Positions 1 to 11,633 are shown, numbered from the stretch's first letter. The stretch is 28,922 nucleotides of DNA from Tubiluchus corallicola (GCA_030141605.1 JAQGDQ010001696.1:1-28922); one strand, 5' to 3'. Notes: generated by a model not told the origin, from the sequence alone. A program made the numbers and translations.

Positions 1-1765
1 TCTTATAAGATGTATTTTTAATTGTAATCATTTAGTTATGTCTGTGCTCATACAGTAGCAGAAAAGTCTTAGGTCTTATAAGACGTATTTTTAATTGTAA
101 TCATTTAGTTATGTCTGTGCTCATACAGTAGCAGAAAAGACTTAGGTCTTATAAGACGTATTTCTAATTGTAATCATTTAGTTATGTCTGTGTTCATACA
201 GTAGCAGAAAAGTCTTCGGTCTTATAAGACGTATTTTAATTGTAATCATTTAGTTATGTCTGTGTTCCTACAGTAGCAGAAAAGACTTAGGTCTTATAAG
301 ACGTATTTTAATTGTAATCATTTAGCTATGTCTGTGCTCATACAGTAGCAGAAAAGTCTTAGGTCTTATAAGATGTATTTTTAATTGTAATCATTTAGTT
401 ATGTCTGTGCTCATACAGTAGCAGCAGAAAAGTCTTAGGTCTTATAAGACGTATTTTTAATTGTAATCATTTAGTTATGTCTGTGCTCATACAGTAGCAG
501 AAAAGACTTAGGTCTTATAAGACGTATTTTTAATTGTAATCATTTAGTTATGTCTGTGCTCATACAGTAGCAGAAAAGTCTTAGGTCTTATAAGATGTAT
601 TTTTAATTGTAATCATTTAGTTATGTCTGTGCTCATACAGTAACAGAAAAGACTTAGGTCTTATAAGACGTATTTTTAATTGTAATCATTTAGTTATGTC
701 TGTGCTCATACAGTAGCAGAAAAGTCTTAGGTCTTATAAGATGTATTTTTAATTGTAATCATTTAGTTATGTCTGTGCTCATACAGTAGCAGAAAAGACT
801 TAGGTCTTATAAGTGTATTTTAATTGTAATCATTTAGTTATGTCTGTGCTCATACAGTAGCAGAAAAGTCTTAGGTCTTATAAGACGTATTTTTAATTGT
901 AATCATTTAGTTATGTCTGTGCTCATACAGTAGCAGAAAAGACTTAGGTCTTATAAGACGTATTTTTAATTGTAATCATTTAGTTATGTCTGTGCTCATA
1001 CAGTAGCAGAAAAGACTTAGGTCTTATAAGACGTATTTTTAATTGTAATCATTTAGTTATGTCTGTGCTCATACAGTAGCAGAAAAGACTTAGGTCTTAT
1101 AAGACGTATTTTTAATTGTAATCATTTAGTTATGTCTGTGCTCATACAGTAGCAGAAAAGTCTTAGGTCTTATAAGACGTATTTTTAATTGTAATCATTT
1201 AGTTATGTCTGTGCTCATACAGTAGCAGAAAAGACTTAGGTCTTATAAGACGTATTTTAATTGTAATCATTTAGTTATGTCTGTGCTCATACAGTAGCAG
1301 AGAAGACTTAGGTCTTATAAGACGTATTTTAATTGTAATCATTTAGCTATGTCTGTGCTCATACAGTAGCAGAAAAGTCTTAGGTCTTATAAGACGTATT
1401 TTTAATTGTAATCATTTAGTTATGTCTGTGCTCATACAGTAGCAGAAAAGACTTACGTCTTATAAGTGTATTTTAATTGTAATCATTTAGTTATGTCTGT
1501 GTTCATACAGTAGCAGAAAAGTCTTAGGTCTTATAAGACGTATTTTTAATTGTAATCATTTAGTTATGTCTGTGCTCATACAGTAGCAGAAATGACTTAG
1601 GTCTTATAAGGCGTATTTTTAATTGTAATCATTTAGTTATGTCTGTGCTCATACAGTAGCAGAAATGACTTAGGTCTTATAAGGCGTATTTTTAATTGTA
1701 ATCATTTAGTTATGTCTGTACTCATACAGTAGCAGAAATGACTTAGGTCTTATAAGGCATATTTT
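1..1765. repeat. 73-bp minisatellite, about 24 copies, running off the window start
   Basis: Unit gtcttataagacgtatttttaattgtaatcatttagttatgtctgtgctcatacagtagcagaaaagacttag (e.g. 1021-1093, next unit at 1094). Head-to-tail, no spacers. Confidence 0.97.
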
Positions 1766-2610
1766 GAATGGTGCAGTTCTGAAGGAGTTCGGTTTTTAAT
1801 GTTAAAAGCAGAACGCGACAAGATTATTAATTCATAGATGTTAAAGCCATTGCTGCGCAGAATAATAATAACCATTAAAAATGATACAGCAAATTTAAAA
1901 GTGCCAACTCATGCAGGAATTGCTGATAAAATATTCTAATGCAAAACACGGAGGTTTTATAGTATAGAACCTCAAGTTTGATGGAGTTCCTTATCTATGA
2001 TGTGTTACAATGTTTTTGGTTTTAAGTATCCTTAATGATTAATGTTTAAAAATCATGATGCTTCATTAAAATAAAGAAATTCGATTTTGTAGAGATTTTG
2101 TCGCCTGTATTTCGTAAATTATAAAATTAAAAACAATTTTGCTCAAATAATTTCAAATGTGGTTTGATATTTTGGTTGATTGGGCCTGGATTCCCTAAGA
2201 CTTCACAGCAGTCAGCACTGAAGATTTCTCATATTGCTGTGAAAAGGACGTCACAAACTGTTATGTAGACGAAATTTTCGCTTTACATGAGCTATTTTAG
2301 CCAAGATCTTTCAGCGATTTTGACTTTTAGGAGAAAAGAAAAGATAAATTAGATAAATACTAGAAAAATTTGGAACAAATGCTGCCAAAAATTATCCGAA
2401 ATTTCAGCTACGAAACTTAATAAATTTCGCTGAAGCCAAAACTTAACCGAAAGTGCAATTATTGGCAAACCGAACTGAAAATTTCATTTCGGTAACATCC
2501 GTGGAGTCAAGCATCCATTTACCGACCTGACATGACATTGCTTAACTTTTTACATATAATGTATTATTTACTTTTCAGTTGTGTTTATTTTTAGTGTTTT
2601 CATTGGGCAG

Positions 2611-2730
2611 TTAAGATGAAAAAGGAACCAATGATAGAGGGCCCTGCGCTGGACGTAGATGTGCCACATGGTGGCGGTTGTGAGAATTACTTTGAGGACG
2701 TCAAGCTGTCTAAGTTCTGTCGAAAAACAG
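2611..2730 (+). CDS. Candidate internal coding exon of an unidentified gene (xKMKKEPMIEGPALDVDVPHGGGCENYFEDVKLSKFCRKT)
   Basis: T-rich tract then cag acceptor; CAG|gtatag donor; 120 bp, symmetric phase 1/1, open frame, GC above the flanks. The MKKEP (psi-K-x-E) motif is common in nuclear/zinc-finger proteins. No partner exon found. Confidence 0.5.
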
Positions 2731-2914
2731 GTATAGCAGTTTCTGTGTCATATCAAAAATAATAAACTTTCTGTCGTATAGTTAAATTTTGTTTGTTTGA
2801 TAGATTATTAGTAATTAATAGTCCTCATCTGTGTGTGTGCGTGTGTGTGTGCGTGCGTGCGTGCATGCGTGTGTAAATGTGCATGTGTGTAAATGTAAAT
2901 GTGCATGTGTATCG

Positions 2915-3328
2915 TAATATCCTACACCTACGGCAGCAGTCATACCACAATCCTGGTACAGATTATGCAAAACAAGGCATCATTGATAAATCTTTAGAGC
3001 TGATGTCAACATAGCACAATCTATTATCTTTCTTCCTACCATTTCCACTAACACATCCTTCTACCAGTCCTGTGTGATCTAACCTTTCTCCCAGTTCTTT
3101 TTTTTTTGTTCACTCATCCATTCTTTTTTTATCGGGTTCACATGACAGTGGGCTTATACAAGCCTTTGCTTCTCTAGCCCACTGTAGTACAATTATTCTT
3201 TTATGATGACGATAGTGTATGAAACATAACAATTTAATACAGTATGACGTAATAATTTTGATGTCACCGTGTGCTTAATGTCATTATATTGTACTGAATG
3301 TGATAATAATAAACTAAACTAAACTAAA
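2915..3328 (+). mobile_element. 3' end of a non-LTR retrotransposon (L2/CR1-like 3' UTR)
   Basis: Stem-loop acagtgggct...agcccactgt (3145-3185) enclosing tatacaagcctttgctt, then AATAAA and an (AAACT)3 tail at 3308-3328. 5' boundary approximate. Confidence 0.55.
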
Positions 3329-4524
3329 ATGGATGCAAAACACCAGTTTAATGTGCTGACGAAAAGTTTCTTTATTCTGTAATACAATGTTTAACAATTA
3401 GTTTAATTTGCATTGAGTAGAAGACAGTTCATTGCATGATTAGATGTATTGCTATAACTAAGAAAACTGATATAAAAATTATGTAAACTATATCGAAATT
3501 AATTAATAATGACTTACGTTGTTAGAGCCTTTAACAGTTACAAAGACAGGAATGAGAACTCCAAGTAGCCTTAAGAACAACGATGTCACAACAATAAATT
3601 CGTAAGAAATTCACAGTCATAATGCTCATCACAAACACAAAACTAGAGCAATGGTGGAGAGAACCAAAAGACTGGTAAAATGTCATACAACTACTACAGC
3701 TATAGCTCACGAAAGGCCAAAATGCTAATGTATTGAAGAATATTAGGTGCTTCAATTCTAAAAGAGTGGCTACTGTAAAAGGTAAAAAGTCTACTAAATA
3801 AACAAACAGGTGGCAGCACCACGGCAGTAACTAAATAAAAAAAATAAATAAAACCCCATTATTCAGAATAATTATATTTATATTTGTATATTTATATATA
3901 TTTGATATAGTTATTGTGTAAAGATTGGTACAAATTGTTACGGTCATTTATGTAACACACATGCTCACAAAAGTACATATAAATATATATATATATTAAC
4001 CTATTTCAGAATCATCGGTGAATTCGGGTCACGTGATTTGGGAGAGGGAACCGGCGAATGAGACGCTGCGCAAGTTCCGAAACTACGAAATCTGATAAGC
4101 AATGGCTTCCTGGGTTAGATGATCTCCTTAATCATTAGTTTAGTTTATCGTCCATAGGTGGTGCTAGTAGCTGATGTTATTAGACTTTAGCTTATTATTT
4201 AGTTTAAGGACAAGATTTCAGAATTATCGCAGGCATGTCGGAAAACTTGACATAATTTTTTTCTCTGCTGTAGCGTTACAGACGTATAACATTGCTGTTA
4301 GCTGATGTAAGTTTAGTTAGAATTTTTCGAATGTGCTCTCTCCTTTATGAATCTGCAATACAGTAGGTGCTGCTTAATACACTCACTTTGGGACGGAAGT
4401 CATGGTTGTAGTTAAGATGCCTTGCTGTGGTACACTTAACCTTTGGCCTACAGAAACTGTGCATGCACACATCAAAACTGTAAGAGGCTTATTATGCGGA
4501 ATTATCTGATTCTATTATTGTTGG

Positions 4525-4921
4525 CAGGGCCGAAACTAGATGTGGCAAGCAGGGGGGGGGGGCGAGGTATCCGAAGTGGTTAAATAATGGTTAAGCCAAT
4601 TTTAACCCCTTTTATACTGCATGCAGGCCTATAATTAGCATGTGTGTAGGACGGCGTAGCGGACAGAGCAATAATGAGAAAATTAACTCTCGGTTAACCT
4701 AACGTTATTTACAGAAATTTATCACACACAAGTTTTAAGAAAATAATACACTGAAGCTACCAAACATTTTTTTACCTAATTCTAATTCATATTGAAAATG
4801 ATTACATGTGAACTGCAATTTTCACTGCAAAAAAAATTATTTGTCCGATTTTGCAGGGGGGCGCGCAAATTTTGACAAGGGGGGCGTGCGCCCCCCTTGC
4901 TCCCCACTAGTCCCGCCCCTG
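4525..4921. mobile_element. hAT-like MITE
   Basis: Imperfect TIRs cagggccgaaactag / ctagtcccgcccctg, G-run/C-run subterminal tracts, 8-bp TSD attgttgg (4517-4524) / atcgtcgg (4922-4929). Confidence 0.75.
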
Positions 4922-5703
4922 ATCGTCGGTGTTTTTATACATTTGTGTAGGAGATGACCATACCAGATGTTTTTGAGTCGACTGATTCTATTAACCGTGA
5001 GACTAATAAACGGCACCTACTGTAGTTAAATTTAGTGCACTAAATCGGCCACTAGATGGTGCTAGTTGATAGTAGCTTTTAGATCCTGGCCACGTAAATT
5101 TAGCATGCGTCATAGCATACGGGTTAATGCAAGCTATGGTTGCCTAGTCAAGATTAATCATGTTAATTTAATTTGTTGCCACCAGGTGGCAATGCAAGTC
5201 TACATCTTGATTCTTGTTCATTAGATAACTCGAGTTGTAGTCCTTGTATGAAGAATAGTAAGTTTGTGAGGTGGGTGATTTAATTGTGTTTCCTGCACAA
5301 GCGTTTTGCGTAATTTTAACATTCCAAGATAGACACATTTATTTTTACAGTGTAATGCTTATTTTTACATATTTATGTATACTAACTAACAATTACGTGT
5401 ATACAATTACGTACATTTAAGGTAGATAAGTGTTATATTTGGACTTTTGAGTTTCCTCAGAGTTTTGTTTGTTACGATTTTGTGAAGAGATTTATGTTTT
5501 TAATATATATGCTCTTTGACTTGCCTTGCTTTTGTGGTAAGGCTAAGATAGACTTGTTTAATCTATGTAAAACCTTTACTTTCACCTTGTTATTTTTGCG
5601 TATAATAACGTAGAAAATTATCGTTGATTAATTAAAGCTTGACTGGTTTTTGAGCGATGCCATATGTATATTTTGTTGTTTATGATTGAGCTTCCTTATA
5701 GAT

Positions 5704-6180
5704 CAGGTGTGTGCAAATTGCGGCCCGCGGGCCACTTGCGGCCCGCCGAAAGAATTTGTGCAGCCCGCGAAGAGATTTGTCAACCTAATGAAAGTGCGAC
5801 CCGGGCGATTAATTGAGTGTATCCAGCTGAAGTCCGTGCCACAATCCCAAAGATAGTGCGGGTAGTTTTTTCTACTAGATCGGATGCCATTAACCCTTAC
5901 AAGACGGTTGTAGCTTAATGTCACTGTACTACACAGACTGTGTGATACACATTACTAATATGCATTGTAATGAAATTACCACTATCTGTCCTGAAAGTAG
6001 AAATACATGGTTTGTAATATCAATTTTAATAACTTCTAAAATAGTTTCTTGGGTGTAGTAGTAATGATGTACGCAGGTCGGATGCAAAAAAATCGTTATT
6101 AGGCCTTTCTGTACTTGGCTCCTTGGAATTGCGGGAAAGTTTAATGTGGCCCGGCTAGTCAGATAATTTGCACACCCCTG
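5704..6180. mobile_element. hAT (Charlie-like) non-autonomous DNA transposon
   Basis: TIRs caggtgtgtgcaaatt / aatttgcacacccctg (15/16), perfect 8-bp TSD ttatagat (5696-5703, 6181-6188), subterminal gcggcccgcgggcc repeats. Confidence 0.92.
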
Positions 6181-6890
6181 TTATAGATGTTATTGCTTGC
6201 AGGTTTCTTGTGTGAATATATTTATCAGTTACTATTTACAAACTCGTTAAAATAATGATTAGAGTAATGTATTTTGTGTGAGTAGATTAATATAAGTAAT
6301 CTAGTGCAGCTAGAGGGTGTCGTATAATAATCTCTCCTAATGAATACGGCTTTCAAATCGATGTTATTTAGTGGTACAAAATAGCTTTTATCAGATTAAT
6401 AAATTTATTTTTTTGTAGATGGCAGCACTCGTGTTGTAAACGCTTTGTATGTTAAATTGCATCATCGGTCTCTCAAAAAAAGAGCATTCGCGAGTTTGCT
6501 TTTAAAGATTACCGGTACAAAGTTCTTTCCAGAAATACCATTTCACACTGAAACGGTTTACTTGGTCTGATGCAAATTGTAGTTTTATTCTCAATATACA
6601 TTAAGTATGTGCATCAGGACAGACTTGCTATAGCCTCTTTTGACACAGATGGTGCTGGTTCTGCCATCTTTTGACAAAAACAGTAACACAGAAGCTTATT
6701 ACCTTTAAACACAACCTTCCAGAAATGTCACTTTTGCAATAACTTTTTTCAGTCTGTCTCATTTGGTTCCATGATGCCACAAATTTCAATGTCACTATTA
6801 GTTTTGTGTAATGTGGCTTTATTTAGGCACTTTACAGAGATGTCGGCAGAGAATAAAGAGAAACATTACTAACGTAGGATTAATAATCAA

Positions 6891-7990
6891 AGGAAGACAG
6901 GATGATTTTTCATATACTACCACATTTTAAATCCAGTAAAATGTATACGTTTTAACACAATTAATACTGCAACAGGCTGGCGAGTCCAACTGTTGATGAC
7001 ATCACAAACTAACATAATTTTCAACAGCAAAAATATTCCATGAACCTGTTGCACGTGTTTGCAGGAGCAAATATTTAAGTACAGTGCTGCTGTAAGATAT
7101 TCAGTGTGTTGTACTAAAACTAGACAAGTTTTAAGATAAAAATAAAGCAAATTTACTGCTGTACTCACACATGCGCAGTCGAACGTGTGTAATTCGTCAC
7201 AAACTTACTCACCTGAACTGAGAGGTACATCACCGGTTTTTTGTGCAATGTGTTTCTGAAATGCCGGCACTAGTGCCCGTCTAACTAGCGACCGGTGAAA
7301 TGCGTGTAACAGTGAAGAACTAGTGACACGAACGTGAAATTGTGTTTGTGTGGCAATAATTCTTTCACTTAAGTTATTTTTGAAACAATAGTGTGTTTCC
7401 TTTCAATATTTTAAAGAGTAGATTGTTTTGATTTACAGTTTAAAGTAAAACCGGATGATTGTGTATACATTAGTTCAGAATCACGAATGCTTTAAAATAT
7501 TGAAAACTACAATAGCTTATTTTAACTCAAAGCTCAGATTAAATAAGAATTACCTCTGATACTCAAATCTCGTTAAACTTTCAAAGCTACGCGCCGCTCA
7601 ATGAATCTACTAAGATTGGCAACGGCGCCTTTTTGTCACATTCGCGTGACCGACAAATAGAAGGCGGTACCACGATAACCATGATCATGAACTGCAGTGT
7701 TAGTTTCTGACGTCATATGATCTAGAGCCCATTTTTCGTGACATCATGCGTTTAAACAGTAGTGTAACACCTATGCAAACGTGCTTGACGCGCAAGAGAA
7801 GATGTCTGCCATTGCACAAACTGGTTAGTTTCTGACGTAAGCAATTGCTGTGTTCGGTTGCCGTTAATTAACTTTCTAAGCTAATTATTCAAATATAAGA
7901 AACAATTGTTAACTTTTATAGGCAAGAAAATGTATATTTTGGACAGTAAACTAAAATGAGATTGAGTCTAAACAATCGTCTGGTCTTCCT
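6891..7990. mobile_element. Kolobok-like non-autonomous DNA transposon (1.1 kb)
   Basis: TIRs aggaagacaggatgatt / aatcgtctggtcttcct, flanked by tcaa / ttaa (degenerate TTAA TSD), AG termini. Confidence 0.7.
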
Positions 7991-8222
7991 TTAAAAGCAA
8001 CACAATTTTATTAAAACTTTTACATTAAAAAGTTAAAGCCAAACGTTTCGACAGGCGGCTGCTGTCATCATCAGTGGTAAATTTACAAACCTACAACCAG
8101 TTTGTGTAGGCAAAGCCTCTTATGCACTAATTAAGTAGTTAACAGAAGCCAAACAGGTAATGAATAATTTACATTTTTGACTTTTTAATGTAAAAGTTTT
8201 AATAAAGTTGTCTTGCTTTTAA
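7991..8222 (-). mobile_element. Penelope-like element remnant (inverted pseudo-LTR fragments)
   Basis: 47-bp inverted arms 7991-8037 and 8176-8222 (3 mismatches); one arm directly follows a minimal hammerhead motif on the minus strand. Confidence 0.7.
8039..8077 (-). ncRNA. Minimal type I hammerhead ribozyme
   Basis: Minus strand reads CCA-CUGAUGA-U-GACAG-cagccgc-CUGUC-GAAA-CG-UU-UGG: intact core boxes, 5-bp stem II, palindromic ACGU stem III, GUU triplet, 3-bp stem I. Confidence 0.8.
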
Positions 8223-8488
8223 CCATGAATGTTTTAAGTGCCTGTAATAAAATTGACACATATTAATTTATTTTAGAAACAAATAATATCAGACGGGTGT
8301 GATACCAGTGTGCCACACCTTCACCTAGTACTCTGTATATTCCTGGTAATTCAGACCTAGCGTAACGTTTCCGGGATATTTCCCGCTTGGCCACATGATT
8401 ATAATGTGATTTTATGAACGTAGAAAGTTAACGGTACACAATGTACTTGAACAGTTGGGTCCTGTTTCGCTTTAATGGTAGCGTAATA

Positions 8489-8572
8489 TAAAAACCTAGC
8501 CACTGGGGGGGGGGGGGCAAGCCAGCCCAACTCAGTGCCGGTCCCAAACCCGGATAAATAGGGAGGGTTAGG
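8489..8572 (+). ncRNA. Twister ribozyme (type P1) at the RTE 5' end, probably degenerate
   Basis: AA-CCUA-GC-CACUG[..]CAGUG-CCGG-UCCCAAAC-CCGG-AUAAA-UAGG-GAGGG: P2 CCUA/UAGG, P3 CACUG/CAGUG, P4 CCGG/CCGG. Colinear with the rice twister core GCCGGUCCCAAGCCCGGAUAAA..GAGGG as recalled. Confidence 0.85.
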
Positions 8573-8993
8573 GTCAGGAAGGGCATCCGCCTGTAAAAAC
8601 TGCGCCAAAACCTTCTATGAATGAGTCGGTGAGACTTAAAGGGAAAGTCCGCAAAGAAGAGGTCAGACCTGCTCTAATCTATGGGCTGGAAGCAGCTTCT
8701 CTAAAGAAGATCGAAGAGAAGAAAATAGGTGTGGTGGAGATGAGGATGTTGAGATGGATGGTGGGAATAACAAGAAGAGATAAAATTAGAAATAATAATA
8801 TCAAGAGGAACAGTAAAAGTAGTGGAAGCCTCGCAAGATTGTGATGGTATGGACACCAGAAAAGAAGAGTCGGTGAAGACCATGTGGGAAGAGAAGACAT
8901 AAATGAAGAGATGGTCAACAACAGGAATGCGTGGAGAAGACTCATTCACAACGGCGACCCCGAATAGGGAAAATCTGGGAAGAAGAAGAAGAA
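8495..8993 (+). mobile_element. Internally deleted RTE-clade (BovB/Expander-like) non-LTR retroelement
   Basis: 18-bp TSD ggtagcgtaatataaaaa (8477-8494) / ggtagcgtaatacaaaaa (8994-9011). RTE 5' UTR motif aggaagggcatccg..gtaaaa. ORF C-terminal remnant RLKGKV...VRPALIYGLE...EMRMLRWMVGITRRDKIRN and RL*WYGH...WRRLIHNGDPE*. (GAA)n tail. Confidence 0.92.
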
Positions 8994-9525
8994 GGTAGCG
9001 TAATACAAAAAGTGATACAAGAACACCAGCAAAAAATCAATAACTTTCTCTTGCACTTAACACACCACAAGCACTTTTAACACGCCACAAACTTCGCATC
9101 ACTTCGAGTTCCAACAAAATGCAGCGATTGTACAAAATTTTTGTTGTTCTGGTGTGAATTAAAGAATAAAAAAGAGACGCCTCTACGCTACATGTAATGT
9201 GAGGGAGGAGAAGCCTGTTGAGCAATTAGGGAAGACGGGCCGACTTCTAATTTGGCTTCTTGGGTAAGTAAAGCAACATGTAGAATTACTAATTGAAGAG
9301 ATTCCTTGGACATGTGGCTTCAAAATGTTTACGTCTAACATTGTTGCGAGGTACGTAGTCTGTGAAGAAATTTAATATCATTAGAAAATCATTTACATAG
9401 CTTAACGATGAATAGAAGCTTCACGTAAGAAATGAAATCGTGTGATGGTTTACAAAATTGTGTAAGTGTAAGTTTACAAGGGGAAACTCCTGTCCCTCTC
9501 TTTCTCTGGCGTTTGAAATCGCTCC

Positions 9526-9527
<2 letters not shown>

Positions 9528-9588
<61 letters not shown>

Positions 9589-9670
9589 TCTTCTCCCTTT
9601 CTCTCTCTCTCTCTCCCTCTCTCTCTCTCTCTTTCTTCTCTCATTCTCTCTCCCTCTCTCTCTCCCCCTC

Positions 9671-9729
<59 letters not shown>

Positions 9730-9776
9730 TTCTTCTCTCTTCTCTCTCCTCTCTCTCTCCCCTCTCTCTCTCTCTC

Positions 9777-9865
<89 letters not shown>

Positions 9866-9912
9866 TCCTTTCTGTCTCTCTATTTCTGTCTCTCTGTGTC
9901 TCTCACTTTCTC

Positions 9913-9943
<31 letters not shown>

Positions 9944-10161
9944 CTCTCCCCCCTCTCTCTCTATCTCTCACTCACTCTCTCACTCACTTTCTCTCTCTCT
10001 CTTCTCTCTCTCTCTCTCTCTCACACTCTCTACCTTTCTTTCTTGTTCTCTCTCTCTCTGTCTCTGTCTCTCTCTTTCTGTCTCTCTCTGTCTCTCTTTT
10101 TTCCTCTCTCTCTCTCTCTCTGTCTCTGTCTCTCACTCTCTCACTCACTTTCTCTCTCTCT
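9528..10161. repeat. Long imperfect (CT)n microsatellite
   Basis: About 630 bp of nearly pure pyrimidine on the + strand. Confidence 0.95.
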
Positions 10162-10294
10162 CCCTTTTGTTTACTTCACTTTTGTTTACGTTTTTCATTT
10201 TCTTCCCCTCATTCCTCCCCATTACCCCCCCCCCCCGTCTTTCTTTCGCCACACTTTACAACAGTAACGGATTACACGGACACAATTAGCCCTG
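10162..10294 (+). repeat. Dispersed repeat, copy 1 (inverted copy at 11506-11637)
   Basis: cccttttgtttacttcac...cacggacacaattagccctg matches the reverse complement of 11506-11637 with few differences. Confidence 0.9.
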
Positions 10295-10862
10295 AAAAGC
10301 AATGGTATATTATCCACAATAATCATTATTAGCTCTGTTAGTATTACCCACTACATAAAGATAAATAAACATGGCAGCCAGGCGAATTGTTTTTGGAAGC
10401 AAGGATTGAGCATCACGCTGTGTCTAGGCGGGCAATTCTGTCAAAGTGTATACGATTACTGAAACAAAACCAGTTGTGTACAAAAACAACGACACTTCAG
10501 TCTGCCTCCTGCAAGTTGCAAGAATGTTGTTAGTTCTGCTGCGAGCTGAGTGTATTGACCAACAGCGTGAGAATACAAAACTTCAGTAACATACTGGGCT
10601 TTAAGACTCAGAGAGATTTTGTCGGCAAAATAATGTTGTATCGGCGCGCGACTGACGGTCAACTTTTGCCGGTCAACTTTTGCTTGGCAAGTAAAAAAAT
10701 CTAAATATGACGGATGTAACGCATTTTTTTAAAAGTGTCATAATTTACTGGGTCGTTTTAATATAGTAAGCATTATAGTAAACATGGCTTCATTTTTAGT
10801 GAATTGGTTTCGTAGGCATTGTCTTTTGTGTGTAATTATGCAAATAGCGTGCTCTCTTGTAT

Positions 10863-10876
10863 AGAGAGAGAGAGAG

Positions 10877-10907
<31 letters not shown>

Positions 10908-10913
10908 AAGAAA

Positions 10914-10961
<48 letters not shown>

Positions 10962-10974
10962 GAAAGAGAGACAG

Positions 10975-11007
<33 letters not shown>

Positions 11008-11072
11008 AAGAGAGCGAGAGACAGAAAGAACAAAAGACACAAAGGTATGAGGGAAAGAGAGAGCTAGAGAGG
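10863..11072. repeat. (GA)n-rich microsatellite
   Basis: Purine tract whose interruptions mirror those of the CT tract at about 10040-10130. Confidence 0.9.
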
Positions 11073-11505
11073 AACAAATATATTATTAAATTATAAATTA
11101 TATTATTATATTATATATATATATATATATATATATGAAACTTTATTGCAAAAATTATACACTAGTACAGAGTAAAACAAATTACATCATACATCAAATC
11201 AGTGTATAATCAATCAGTGACAGAATGATGTAAGCAATTGTGTCAGTTAGTCTAAGTTAAGAATCGTAAGAATAAAAACATTAAAATGCCGTATTGCATA
11301 TCTGTAAATTTGTTTACGTGAGGACATGATGATGACTTATGAAGTATGGTTAATTTTAATACTTTTTGATACTTTTTGCTACTTTTTTGACATGTAAGTT
11401 TCCGTACGAGTCGTATATTTTTATAGTACAGACATTTATATTACTAGAACGTTATGTGTTTTTTATATCATCCAATTATTGATATATTTGACTTCATTAC
11501 TTTAG

Positions 11506-11633
11506 CAGGGCTAATGGTGTCCGTGTAATCGATACTGTTGTAAAGTGCGGTGAAAGAAAGACGGGGGGGGGGGGTAATGGGGAGGAAGGAGGGGAAGAAA
11601 ATGAAAAACGTAAAGAAAAGTGAAGTAAACAAA

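Noticed and set aside
1-1765. CRISPR-like array
   Set aside because: Units are contiguous with no unique spacers, no cas genes, and the context is eukaryotic.
1947-2503. MITE bounded by cacggaggtt / aacatccgtg
   Set aside because: Only 9/10 bp inverted match and no TSD.
4853-4890. Additional CTCF-like G-rich motifs
   Set aside because: Part of the MITE subterminal G/C runs, so excluded from the CTCF cluster count.
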